A program made the position numbers and the translations under genes. A DNA stretch of 64,000 bases, taken from the IMG/VR virus record IMGVR_UViG_3300007214_000006; one strand, written 5' to 3'. This DNA is from a virus. Its lineage: Duplodnaviria > Caudoviricetes. Positions 8,146 through 17,821 of the stretch are shown piece after piece; position 1 is the stretch's first letter; each line of letters begins with the position of its first letter. Below the pieces are notes generated by a model that did no database searches, was not told where the DNA came from, and worked only from the letters and a program-made list of their open reading frames with translations.

Positions 8146-8250
8146 AAGGAACTGTCTGGTGACAATTCGATCCTGTGTGGAAAGATTTGGGGTTCGATTC
8201 CCCATTTCCTTTTTTATCGCTAATGATAGTAGAGGTTGCTATCCCGATAA
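8146..8250 (+). ncRNA. tRNA-like structured element plus downstream hairpin
   Basis: T-arm TGGGG-TTCGATT-CCCCA 8188-8204, acceptor-like AAGGAA/TTCCTT, TGTC-TGGT-GACA hairpin, no canonical anticodon arm; second stem 8214-8250. Confidence 0.4.
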
Positions 8251-8282
8251 TTGGTTATTTATTTACAGGTAATAGGTGAAAT

Positions 8283-9506
8283 ATGTTTAAGATGGAACTT
8301 GGTTTTAATCCTTATGACAAGAGCAATAGTAATACTGGAAAGCGTCATGTAAATTCGTGGAGTAGAATTCAACAACAGTTTCTTGATTCTTTTCATCTTG
8401 CTGCTGGTCATATTTTTTGCTACAATGGAGATCCTCGTAGAAAGATTAGCAGCATGAAGCATACCAGCAATCTAGATGAAGTGCATGATGCTAATGAGAA
8501 TGGTAACTCTGATGCTTACTTCTATGTTAACGGAGGACGCAAGCAATATGCTATCAACACCATCAGTTGTTGTTTTGTGGATATTGATGCTGGACGAGAC
8601 TCTAGTGGAAACTATCTGCCAAGCAAGGAAGTAATGAACTTTAAGAGGTCAGCATTAGACAAGATCAATAACTTTGCTGTTAAGCCAAGTTGGGTAGTTG
8701 ATACTCGTAATGGATACCAGATTTATTGGATTCTGGATGATGAGAGTCGAACTCTTATCAATAAGACAACTTGGAATGGTATTCAGAAAAAGTTGGTCAA
8801 CTACTTTGGTGGTGATGCACGAGCCATCAAGATTAATCAGATTTATCGAGTTCCTTATACTTGGTGGCGTAAGTGCTGGGAGAAGAAGGCTCCGTATTTT
8901 ACTAGTGTCCTCACCGGCTCAACTGGTCAGAGCATTAATGTAAAAGATCTAATCTCTGCATTAAATGGTCAACCAGCAACAGTAACCATTGTTCCTAATG
9001 CTACTAGTGATGCTTGGTTTGAACAGTGGAGAAAAACCTACAAGAATTCTGATTCTACTGGACTTCCTGTGAGCGTGGATGCTGCTCAAAAGATTTTGAA
9101 TGAACTTTCAAATTCTATGGGTCGTTCTAATCCAAACCATCCGCAGTCTGTTTATACTAATTGTTGTGGTCAAAAGAATAGCAAAAGTTCCTTAAATAAT
9201 TTTAAGAGCAATGCTTGGGCAACATATAATCTTAAATATGAAAAGACTTCTGATAATAACCAGACTTGGGAAAAGGCTTATGGCGATCCTATGCCAGTTA
9301 ATCATGTAAATACCGGAGATATGGGTGTTCCGCATGACACTGGTGCTGGTTTAGTTCTCACTGGGGAGCAGGCCAAACTTTTAAAAACGGTGGTCGAGTA
9401 CCTCAACCAAGCGTCCACAGCGTTGTATTTCAGCAACAACCGATTCCTTTCTGGTGCTGCCCGTGACTTGGCAAACCAGATTAGCGATAAGTTTTGTGTT
9501 GGTTGA
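8283..9506 (+). CDS. RepB-like DNA primase (archaeo-eukaryotic primase superfamily)
   Basis: DAYFYVN, CFVDID, PSWVVDTRNGYQIYW, QIYRVP motifs of RepB-type primases. Confidence 0.65.
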   Translation: MFKMELGFNPYDKSNSNTGKRHVNSWSRIQQQFLDSFHLAAGHIFCYNGDPRRKISSMKHTSNLDEVHDANENGNSDAYFYVNGGRKQYAINTISCCFVDIDAGRDSSGNYLPSKEVMNFKRSALDKINNFAVKPSWVVDTRNGYQIYWILDDESRTLINKTTWNGIQKKLVNYFGGDARAIKINQIYRVPYTWWRKCWEKKAPYFTSVLTGSTGQSINVKDLISALNGQPATVTIVPNATSDAWFEQWRKTYKNSDSTGLPVSVDAAQKILNELSNSMGRSNPNHPQSVYTNCCGQKNSKSSLNNFKSNAWATYNLKYEKTSDNNQTWEKAYGDPMPVNHVNTGDMGVPHDTGAGLVLTGEQAKLLKTVVEYLNQASTALYFSNNRFLSGAARDLANQISDKFCVG

Positions 9507-9512
9507 TTAAAA

Positions 9513-9557
9513 CCGGATCAGTCGGGGGATGCTTGTTGTGTCCCCGATTGATTCTGG
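9513..9557 (+). other. strong intergenic hairpin
   Basis: CCGGATCAGTCGGGGG pairs with TCCCCGATTGATTCTGG (about 16 bp, G-U pairs), no U-tract. Confidence 0.6.
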
Positions 9558-9574
9558 CCTAGTAGGAATAAATT

Positions 9575-9847
9575 ATGGCAAGACACACAAATAAACTATT
9601 ACAGCATTTAATTGATAATGAATCTTCAAAAAGAGATTTTGTGGACTTGGTTCAAAAAACCAGCAGCAATTGGGAAATGGCTAAACTGCTAACAGAAGGT
9701 AAGTTTGAGAATACAACTTGGTATGTTAGTGGTCAAACAGTTGGCAATATCATGAAACGATTAGGATATCAAGGTAAGCGTGGACGCAAAGCCACTCGAC
9801 CAAATGTAGTTGCTAATACTGGGCTGAGATGGACAAAAAGGACTTGA
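9575..9847 (+). CDS. hypothetical protein, possible HTH
   Basis: VSGQTVGNIMKRLGY resembles a recognition helix; basic tail. Confidence 0.6.
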   Translation: MARHTNKLLQHLIDNESSKRDFVDLVQKTSSNWEMAKLLTEGKFENTTWYVSGQTVGNIMKRLGYQGKRGRKATRPNVVANTGLRWTKRT

Positions 9848-9851
9848 TATA

Positions 9852-10211
9852 GTGAACAATCCAGACGATCCAGAATACAACGATGATCCATACAAATTCT
9901 ATTTTCAAATAGATACCGAATGGATACAAAAGTATATGGATAGTCTGATTAAAAAATTGTCAGAATCTTATCAAACTCCAGAAGGATTCAAACCGATTTC
10001 GTTACCTGTGAATAGTTGGATCTCCAGTATAGCGGGGGAGAATTCCTCCCTATACTTGGGGAACAACTATTGGAACGAGGGAGTGTGGAAAAAGAAACAT
10101 TTTATAGAGGATAAACTACAGAGGCAATATGTCAATCATTTACAAAGTCATGCTGGGTATTTTTTACACGAGCCTAGATATTATAAAGGTCTTTACGAAA
10201 TACTTAACTAG
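9852..10211 (+). CDS. hypothetical protein
   Basis: ORF track 119 aa. Confidence 0.6.
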   Translation: MNNPDDPEYNDDPYKFYFQIDTEWIQKYMDSLIKKLSESYQTPEGFKPISLPVNSWISSIAGENSSLYLGNNYWNEGVWKKKHFIEDKLQRQYVNHLQSHAGYFLHEPRYYKGLYEILN

Positions 10212-10228
10212 AAAGTATAAGGAATTTT

Positions 10229-10657
10229 ATGAATGAAGACAATAGTAATAGTTTTATTATAAAAGATATGATAGGATTCATAGAATCAACAAGAGCATTA
10301 GTATTCAATAGCTTTGGTAAAACAGAAAAAGATATAAAAGACGATATTAATCTTAATATAGACCCAATAGAAAAAGACGAGATAGATAAAGTTCTATCGT
10401 TCGACGAATCAGAAATAATATGTAAAGAGTTTCTAAAAAAACAAATAAACAAAAAAACAAAATCAATTAGATACATATTAACGGACGATATATTCTTATC
10501 TATAGTAGAATCTTTAAACGATAGAATGGTCAGTAATGTATTAAATAGCTTAGTCAACAAAGGTCTAGTAGAAACAGCTTATGATAGTGAATCGAACGAC
10601 TTTGTTTTTTGGGTAAAAGATAAAAATGAAAATGACCAAAAACCAGAAACCGACTGA
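10229..10657 (+). CDS. hypothetical protein
   Basis: ORF track 142 aa, AAGGA RBS; winged-helix-like C-terminus (LNSLVNKGLVETAYD). Confidence 0.65.
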   Translation: MNEDNSNSFIIKDMIGFIESTRALVFNSFGKTEKDIKDDINLNIDPIEKDEIDKVLSFDESEIICKEFLKKQINKKTKSIRYILTDDIFLSIVESLNDRMVSNVLNSLVNKGLVETAYDSESNDFVFWVKDKNENDQKPETD

Positions 10658-11030
10658 CATTTCTCTTAGTCTTAAATATATTTGTCCAAATAAAAAATGT
10701 CGGTATGATCATTGGATCTCTTTAAGAGAATCCAAAATAAAAAATTTTAAAATAGTTTGTGATTGCGGCCATATATTCTGCCCAAAACCAATACAAAAGA
10801 TTTGTATAAAATATAAAAAGGAAATTAACCAGGTTCTTGAGGCCAAAAATAAAACTGTTACTGAACATATTATACCACAGGATTTATTAGAAAAATCTAG
10901 TAGAATTATGCAGACATTTGGTTTTAGAGCAAAAGAGGCTAAAGAACTTTTATCTCAATTTTATAAGACCAATCCGATTAATGATTATAAACAATTAGTA
11001 CAAAGCACTTTGGCTATTAATGGAGGTTAA
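10626..11030 (+). CDS. Zn-ribbon protein with RuvA domain III-like C-terminus
   Basis: CPNKKC...CDC; C-terminal IMQTFGFRAKEAKELL...YKQLVQSTL resembles RuvA domain III; immediately upstream of ruvB. Confidence 0.55.
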   Translation: MKMTKNQKPTDISLSLKYICPNKKCRYDHWISLRESKIKNFKIVCDCGHIFCPKPIQKICIKYKKEINQVLEAKNKTVTEHIIPQDLLEKSSRIMQTFGFRAKEAKELLSQFYKTNPINDYKQLVQSTLAINGG

Positions 11031-11031
11031 A

Positions 11032-11937
11032 ATGTCAAACTCAATGAGACCAGTATGTTTCGACGAAATCATAGGCCAGAACAGCGTTATAACTCGTTTG
11101 AGAGTCTCTGTGGCCGGTTGTAAAAACAGTGGCACGGTGATGCCTCACGTTTTAATAGATGGGCCTCCCGGCCTTGGTAAGACCACCATAGCGAGCGCTA
11201 TAGCAAATGAATTGGACGTTAACTTATATACTGTAAATGCGGCTAGCATAAGAAGCATAAAAAATATAATGCCATATATTATGGGATTATCTCCAAGATC
11301 AGTCTTATTTATCGATGAGATTCATAGGCTACCAAAAATAGTTGAAGAATTTTTGTATCCTGTTATGGAAGATTTTGCTATTAGTATAACTTCGAAGGAT
11401 GAAGAAGATAAGGATATTGTTGATCAAATAGATATTCCTTTATTTACACTAGTTGGAGCAACAACTAGTGGTGGTAGTTTAAGTCAACCATTTTATGATA
11501 GATTTACAATTAAAGAACATTTAACTTTTTATACCGACAATGATCTAGCTAAAGTAGCAAGGTTGAATTGTGACAAGTTAGGCATAGTCATAAGCGATTC
11601 AGACCTCTTTGAAATAGCAAAAAGAAGTAAAGGAACTCCAAGAATATTAAATGGTAGATTGCTTTGGTATAGAAATTATTTATCTTGCTACCCAGATTCT
11701 ACAGCATCTATTGACGAAATCTTTTCTATACAAGGTATTGACAAAAACGGATTTGATATATATGATAGAATGTACTTAGATGTTCTTAAAAAATCAAAAG
11801 GTAGTCCTCTTGGGCTAAAAAGCATATCATCAATTACAGGAATAGCAATAGAAACAATAGAGAATAGTATAGAGCCATATATGGTAAGAGCAGGCATCGT
11901 TATAAGAACATCAAAAGGAAGAATCATAAATGTTTGA
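11032..11937 (+). CDS. ruvB: Holliday junction branch migration AAA+ motor RuvB
   Basis: GPPGLGKTT, LFIDEIHRL, FTLVGATT, DRF, GTPRI, C-terminal IEPY...RTSKGR; GGAGG RBS favours ATG 11032. Confidence 0.92.
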   Translation: MSNSMRPVCFDEIIGQNSVITRLRVSVAGCKNSGTVMPHVLIDGPPGLGKTTIASAIANELDVNLYTVNAASIRSIKNIMPYIMGLSPRSVLFIDEIHRLPKIVEEFLYPVMEDFAISITSKDEEDKDIVDQIDIPLFTLVGATTSGGSLSQPFYDRFTIKEHLTFYTDNDLAKVARLNCDKLGIVISDSDLFEIAKRSKGTPRILNGRLLWYRNYLSCYPDSTASIDEIFSIQGIDKNGFDIYDRMYLDVLKKSKGSPLGLKSISSITGIAIETIENSIEPYMVRAGIVIRTSKGRIINV

Positions 11938-12709
11938 TATTATATTATCCACAAGAGATAATATAGAATGGATATCAATTTATTTAGATTCATACAAAAA
12001 ATATACAAAATTTATTAATAATTACAATTTAATAATTTTAGATTCTTCTATAGAAAATAATTATCTGAAATTAATAGATATTATAAAAAATTATTATGAT
12101 TTAAATATAACTGTTGTTAGATTTGATAGACATACACATTTTCATGATATATGGCTACAAGGTATAAGTTTAAGCAATAAAAGATATGTGTTAGTTACGC
12201 ATTCTGATATTGTATATTTAATGCCAAACTGGGATATTTTTTTGTTAAACAAAATACACGATGGGTACTCGCTAGTCTCTGTTTCTGTTAGAGAAAAAAT
12301 ATATCCCGAATCGGTATGGATTTGTTGTGAAAAAGAAATTTTTTTAGAATCAAAATTTGATCAATACATATACGAGGACAGGAGTATAGAACACGGAAAT
12401 ATCAAATATGTATATAATAAAAATACCACTAATAAAGAATTTTATATAAATCAATTAACAAACCTAAACAATAAATATGGGGATATAGCAATACTAGACG
12501 GTAAAGAATTTATATATCATAATTATTATTCTACTAGAATACAAAAAGATTCTTTGTGTCCAGTACCAGAAGGGGTAGAAACAATCTATCTTCATAACAG
12601 AGAGTCATTCGATAAAACAATAGAAAAAATTCGCCAATATCTTATTTTAGACAAAAACGATATATCTCTTGCAGAGTATTTATTGAATTATAATCAATTT
12701 ACCAAATAA
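11930..12709 (+). CDS. glycosyltransferase family 2-like
   Basis: IILSTRD start, LIILDSS, YVLVTHSDI (DxD-like). Confidence 0.55.
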   Translation: MFDIILSTRDNIEWISIYLDSYKKYTKFINNYNLIILDSSIENNYLKLIDIIKNYYDLNITVVRFDRHTHFHDIWLQGISLSNKRYVLVTHSDIVYLMPNWDIFLLNKIHDGYSLVSVSVREKIYPESVWICCEKEIFLESKFDQYIYEDRSIEHGNIKYVYNKNTTNKEFYINQLTNLNNKYGDIAILDGKEFIYHNYYSTRIQKDSLCPVPEGVETIYLHNRESFDKTIEKIRQYLILDKNDISLAEYLLNYNQFTK

Positions 12710-12761
12710 TATAATAAATATATATAGGGTGTAATTATATAGCATAGTACCCGGAGGTAAT

Positions 12762-13457
12762 ATGGCTATATACAATATATTAATAGATAAATCAGATAAA
12801 TTTGATATTAATTTCAACCAATTTCAGAATACTCCTATATCAACTGGAAATATATCAAATAATATCTATATTAGATATAATAAGTCTTTTTATGATCAAA
12901 ATTTGAACCAAGAAATTTATAATGAAGGTCCAGGCACCACAAATAATTCAATAAGATCTATATACTCTACTCTGTCAGGAAAAGGTATTAGGGAAAATAA
13001 ATACGATATATTGACAGGAAAATGGGATAGTGGATATCCTCAAAATGCGTATTATGTTATATGTGATCAAAAACTATCAACAGTCTATAGTCTAGGTAAT
13101 TCTTATGTTAGTAGAGACGAAACAGTAGATACTGCTTTTCCTAGAAATCAGAATTATTCTTTTATAGAAAATAATATACATAATGATTGCGATAATAATC
13201 AGATAGCAACTCCAACACCAACTCCAACAGCAACACCAACTCCAACAGCAACGCCAGCACCAACACCAACTCCAACACCAACTCCAACGCCAACAGCAAC
13301 GCAAAACGCATTTTTAACTTTTGATAGGAACGATGGACTTCTAACCGTTGGAGAATATTCAAATAGTGTTCCACTAACTTATACAACCAGTGGGATCAAT
13401 TGGGGATTATTAAGATCAGTCATACCTTCTAATATTCCTAACTGGGGACAATCATGA
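12762..13457 (+). CDS. probable virion protein with Thr-Pro repeat
   Basis: (TP)n/TATP tract; GYPQ...CDQKLS.VYS motif shared with 58874 ORF. Confidence 0.6.
   Translation: MAIYNILIDKSDKFDINFNQFQNTPISTGNISNNIYIRYNKSFYDQNLNQEIYNEGPGTTNNSIRSIYSTLSGKGIRENKYDILTGKWDSGYPQNAYYVICDQKLSTVYSLGNSYVSRDETVDTAFPRNQNYSFIENNIHNDCDNNQIATPTPTPTATPTPTATPAPTPTPTPTPTPTATQNAFLTFDRNDGLLTVGEYSNSVPLTYTTSGINWGLLRSVIPSNIPNWGQS
13205..13301 (+). repeat. coding Thr-Pro/Thr-Ala-Thr-Pro microsatellite-like repeat
   Basis: ACACCA/ACTCCA/ACAGCA tandem units. Confidence 0.9.
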
Positions 13458-16336
13458 ATAAATCTAAATATATTATAGTTTTAAATAAAAATTGTAATAA
13501 AGATGAATTTAAATCAGAATTACAAGGAGTATCCAATCAAGAATATATTCCAAATAGAGAATGCGAAATAGTAGACGATGTTGTGGATACCAGGGGTTTG
13601 GTATCAATTTTATCAGAACAAGAAGCGGTTCAATTGAGCAAAGACCCGAGGATTCAAGGCATTCAAAGAGATATGCCACAAATATTAACTAATATTCCTC
13701 CTATTCTTACGAATCATCAACTGTTAAATAGTGGATTATGTCCAAAATTAATAGATAAAAAAGTAAATAACGTAAGCATATTAAAAGAATATGAAAGTAA
13801 AGAAAAAATAAATGAAAACAATATAAATATTCAATCTCTTACACATGATGCTAGAATCAACGATTTACCAGACGGTTCTGGCGTTGACGTTGTTATTGTT
13901 GATACTTTAATTGGTTGTATCTTAAAGCATAATATAGATTGTAGTCCAGAATTTTTTGGAGTTTTGAATCCAGAACTAGTGTATCGTGCAATATATAGTG
14001 GAAATATTGTACATCCTGATCTCAGAGACAAAAACGGGAATTCTAGAGTAAATCATATTAATTGGAATTCTTATGTTGGAGAACCAGGTGAATACGATTA
14101 TGCTGCTATGGCATCCGGCTCACTTGATATACAAGATCATGGTTTACACGTTGCTGGAACAGCGTGTGGAAATCGTCAAGGATGGGCAAAAAATAGTCAA
14201 ATATATAATATCGCACCAAATTTAAGACAATTTAATAATACTCCATTTTTATTTAATAATTTTAAATTTTTAACAGCGATAAAAAATTGGCATCTTGATA
14301 AATCTAATCATCCAGAATCATCAGGTAGACCAACAATAACAAATCATAGTTATGGTTATTCTTCAGATTATTTTTATGATATAAGATCAATATTGAGTGT
14401 CACAATTAGTGGAATAGAAATGTTAGCACCAAGAGAAACATCGGTAGCTACAGTCGAAGCAACAATTAATAGTAATGGATTTATAGACTCATATACAGTA
14501 ACAAATAGTGGCGAGGGATATACTAACCTTCCAACTATATCTTTTAATGGCGGAGGAGGGGATGAGGCAGAATTTGTTATGGGTAGTGGATCAATTAAAA
14601 CAATAGTTGTAACAGATATTGGGTCCGGCTATGATCATACTAATCCACCAACAATAACATTTGATGCTTCTCCGGATGGAAATACTGCATCTGGTGTGTG
14701 TGTTGTTAATAGTGGAGATGGCAGTATATCAAGAATTATTATGTCAGACAGAGGAACTGGTTATTCAGAATCCTCTCCTCCGAATATTACTTTTTCCGAT
14801 CCTGTTTCTGGAACAACAGCAGCAGCATATTGTATTATAAAATCTAATTTTATTAGTAACATTAAAATTATTAACTGGGTAGATAATAACTATTGGAGAC
14901 CTGCGATTGGATTCTTTTGTGATCCACCACAACTTGTAATAGCAGGCGGATCTCCAACTAAAGAGGCTATGTGGAGAATTAATCCAGATCCTGCAGTAAA
15001 TGGAGGATGGCATACAGGATCAACAATGACTGACCTCGATACATTTTATGAAATAGTAGAAAAAAGAACTCAATTAACATCAACAAGTTTTAGTCAAAAT
15101 TTATTGGGCGGAGAATACCAAACAAAACCAGCAGCATCCTTTTCATATAATCTATTTAAATGTTTTCATGGTGGTCCTTATGCATGGGCTTCTATAGTTG
15201 ATGGAAAAATTGTTGCTGTTAGCGGAAACTGGCACCCGGATCCGGCAGGAGGGGGTTATTGTCAGCCAGGCAGCAGAGATTGTTTATCAGCAGAAGATTG
15301 TCCCTGTCCAGATACTGCTGAAGGATATCGCACTGATCCTGATTATTATAATTTTGACAATGATTTACTTAATCCAATTTCATGTCCATCTGGATGGTTT
15401 ACTAGCAATCCTCAAGTATATATTACTAATGGCGGAGGATTTACTGATCAATATTTACAAAATTTAGGAGTTAGAGTAAACACAGACGTTTACGCCTGGA
15501 CTTTTGCGGGAGATCGTTGTTTGACGATTAGTGATAAATATGTCACTAAATATATAGGATATCATAGCGTAAGAAATATTCTTATGGATTCTATTATAGA
15601 AGATTTAGTTGATAATGGTGTTGTCGTTGTTGGCGCTGCTGGAAATTTACCTGATATAGCATACAGAAGCGAAGATGATATGTTTAATACAAAATTAACT
15701 ATTAATTTTTGTTATTTTTTAAAGCAAAATCCAACAATTCCATGTGATGGAGATAACATGGTATATGAAGGTGATGCATCAATAGGGAGAACATATGCAA
15801 CATGGATGGGTGGGTTACCGTGGGGAGATAATATATATGATGATTATCCTTTGCAGGGATCAAGTCCTGGGGCAGCAAATGGATCTATTTGTGTGGGTTC
15901 ATACACAAGATCATCCAATCCAGAACAAAAAAGCTCATTTAGTGTTACTGGACCGCGCATAGATATTTGGGCTCCTGGAGAAAGCATAATATCTTCCACG
16001 TACATAAACAAACAGTGTAGTTACAACAATGTACCAAATAGTTCTATAAAAGATCATAGAAACTATATGCTTTTTGCAAATGATCCTGTTGATCAAAGAT
16101 TTGGCTTGGCTAGATTGAATGGAACAAGCATAGCTAGTCCTCAAGTTTGTGGTGCTATAGCTAGTTATTTTACTGATGGGAATGTTACAAGATCAAGCAA
16201 CATTCCTGAACAAGCACTCAATTGGTTAACTAACAGTGTAGTTAGTTATATAGCAGAATCTGGTTTTCCTAGAAATCTATCTGGTGGGACTAGCGGAATT
16301 TTACATTTTCCGGGAATCACAGTGACATATGCATAA
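13454..16336 (+). CDS. S8 subtilisin-like peptidase with large internal insertion
   Basis: VVIVDT (Asp), DHGLHVAGT (His), AAGN (oxyanion Asn), GTSIASPQV (Ser); internal G.GY...P.I.F repeats. Confidence 0.85.
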   Translation: MNKSKYIIVLNKNCNKDEFKSELQGVSNQEYIPNRECEIVDDVVDTRGLVSILSEQEAVQLSKDPRIQGIQRDMPQILTNIPPILTNHQLLNSGLCPKLIDKKVNNVSILKEYESKEKINENNINIQSLTHDARINDLPDGSGVDVVIVDTLIGCILKHNIDCSPEFFGVLNPELVYRAIYSGNIVHPDLRDKNGNSRVNHINWNSYVGEPGEYDYAAMASGSLDIQDHGLHVAGTACGNRQGWAKNSQIYNIAPNLRQFNNTPFLFNNFKFLTAIKNWHLDKSNHPESSGRPTITNHSYGYSSDYFYDIRSILSVTISGIEMLAPRETSVATVEATINSNGFIDSYTVTNSGEGYTNLPTISFNGGGGDEAEFVMGSGSIKTIVVTDIGSGYDHTNPPTITFDASPDGNTASGVCVVNSGDGSISRIIMSDRGTGYSESSPPNITFSDPVSGTTAAAYCIIKSNFISNIKIINWVDNNYWRPAIGFFCDPPQLVIAGGSPTKEAMWRINPDPAVNGGWHTGSTMTDLDTFYEIVEKRTQLTSTSFSQNLLGGEYQTKPAASFSYNLFKCFHGGPYAWASIVDGKIVAVSGNWHPDPAGGGYCQPGSRDCLSAEDCPCPDTAEGYRTDPDYYNFDNDLLNPISCPSGWFTSNPQVYITNGGGFTDQYLQNLGVRVNTDVYAWTFAGDRCLTISDKYVTKYIGYHSVRNILMDSIIEDLVDNGVVVVGAAGNLPDIAYRSEDDMFNTKLTINFCYFLKQNPTIPCDGDNMVYEGDASIGRTYATWMGGLPWGDNIYDDYPLQGSSPGAANGSICVGSYTRSSNPEQKSSFSVTGPRIDIWAPGESIISSTYINKQCSYNNVPNSSIKDHRNYMLFANDPVDQRFGLARLNGTSIASPQVCGAIASYFTDGNVTRSSNIPEQALNWLTNSVVSYIAESGFPRNLSGGTSGILHFPGITVTYA

Positions 16337-16988
16337 TAAAACTTTATGCTCATCGATACCTAATACAAAAATATTGATAATTGGCGGAACTCAAATGATT
16401 GGCAGAGATTTTGTAGAACTATGCATCGAAAATAATATATATCCAACTTTAGCAAATAGAGGGGTAACAAATACTAATTTATTTTTAGATTTAAAAAAAA
16501 TTTTTATAGATAGAAATGATAAATTTAAATGTTTTAATTTAAAAAATAAATATTTTGATATAGTTATAGATTTTTCTTGTTATAATGTAAATCAATTTTT
16601 AAATATTTATGATAATATTAAATACAATAAATATATAATTATTTCAACTTTATGTGTTTTTTCAGACTCGGTATTAAATGATGAAAGTCACTGGCTGCAT
16701 AATTATTGCAAAAATAAACAATTATTGGAAACTTATATAATAAATACAAAAATTAATAATATATGTATAGTTAGACCTTGTGTTTTATATGGGAAAAATG
16801 ATTATACAAATAGATTCTATGAAAAAAATAATAGCATATATTGGAAAAATTCTGATACTATAGTAATACCAGACAAGTACCATATGCCTGTTAGAAAATT
16901 TTCATTATATTTATTGCAATATATTTTAAATAATATTAATAATACCTTTATTCATATAGATAATGATGGATTACAAATTATTCAATGA
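16329..16988 (+). CDS. NAD-dependent epimerase/dehydratase (short SDR)
   Basis: ILIIGGTQMIG, NRG, DIVIDF, IIISTLCV, YCKNK (YxxxK), VRPCVLYG. Confidence 0.7.
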   Translation: MHNKTLCSSIPNTKILIIGGTQMIGRDFVELCIENNIYPTLANRGVTNTNLFLDLKKIFIDRNDKFKCFNLKNKYFDIVIDFSCYNVNQFLNIYDNIKYNKYIIISTLCVFSDSVLNDESHWLHNYCKNKQLLETYIINTKINNICIVRPCVLYGKNDYTNRFYEKNNSIYWKNSDTIVIPDKYHMPVRKFSLYLLQYILNNINNTFIHIDNDGLQIIQ

Positions 16989-17821
16989 AAACTTTATGCA
17001 TATTGACATACGAAAGAACGGGATCTGGTTGGCTATCTTCTGTTTTTGATGTTCAAAATACAATATCCCTGCATGAATTATTTAGCGACGATCCATTATT
17101 ATGGATGTCTAAATGCTATAAAATATTAGCAAAAATATATAATGTTGATACTGAATTAATGAATTTTTTATTATCAGTATATCATTATAATAACTTTTTT
17201 ATAGACACAAATAATTATAATAATATTAAAAACAATATTTTGAAAAAAAATATTTATAATCAAAGTATTTTAAAATTGTTTATTAATATATGTAAAAAAA
17301 ATAATTATAATTTAGTATTCAAATTATTTCCTCAGCATCTAAAATATATTTCTATAGATTTTTTATATGATAATATAGATTATATAATTTTAAATTATAG
17401 ACAAGATTTAATTAAAAATTACTATAGTCTAGAAAAAGCTATGGCTACTGGAGTATGGTTCTCCGATCAAAAAAATAGACAAAATACAAATAATAATACA
17501 GAAATAAAGTGGGATGAAACAAAATACAATATATATGTTAACCAAACCATAAAAAATATTGAACTTTTAATGAATATATATAAAAATTTTAACAAAACCA
17601 AATGCATAATATCTTATGAACAAATTCATGAAAAAGAATTTTTAAATAATAAAGAAAAAATTGAATTTTTACAAACAATATTGCATATTGAAAATTTATC
17701 CTTACCAGTGCAAAACAATGAATATTTTTTAAAACAAAATGATAAATTACAATTTAGTAATTATTTTGATTTTAATAAATCTATTGAGTCTAATAGACTA
17801 AAGAAAAAAATATGTTTATAG
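16985..17821 (+). CDS. PAPS-dependent sulfotransferase (Stf0-like)
   Basis: ERTGSGWL 5'-PSB loop, ELF, FKLFPQH, YRQDLIKNYYSLEKAMATGVW, ISYE. Confidence 0.7.
   Translation: MKTLCILTYERTGSGWLSSVFDVQNTISLHELFSDDPLLWMSKCYKILAKIYNVDTELMNFLLSVYHYNNFFIDTNNYNNIKNNILKKNIYNQSILKLFINICKKNNYNLVFKLFPQHLKYISIDFLYDNIDYIILNYRQDLIKNYYSLEKAMATGVWFSDQKNRQNTNNNTEIKWDETKYNIYVNQTIKNIELLMNIYKNFNKTKCIISYEQIHEKEFLNNKEKIEFLQTILHIENLSLPVQNNEYFLKQNDKLQFSNYFDFNKSIESNRLKKKICL

Noticed and set aside
8146-8212. Functional tRNA or tmRNA
   Set aside because: No canonical anticodon arm, no CCA, no tmRNA acceptor identity or tag frame; kept only as a tRNA-like element
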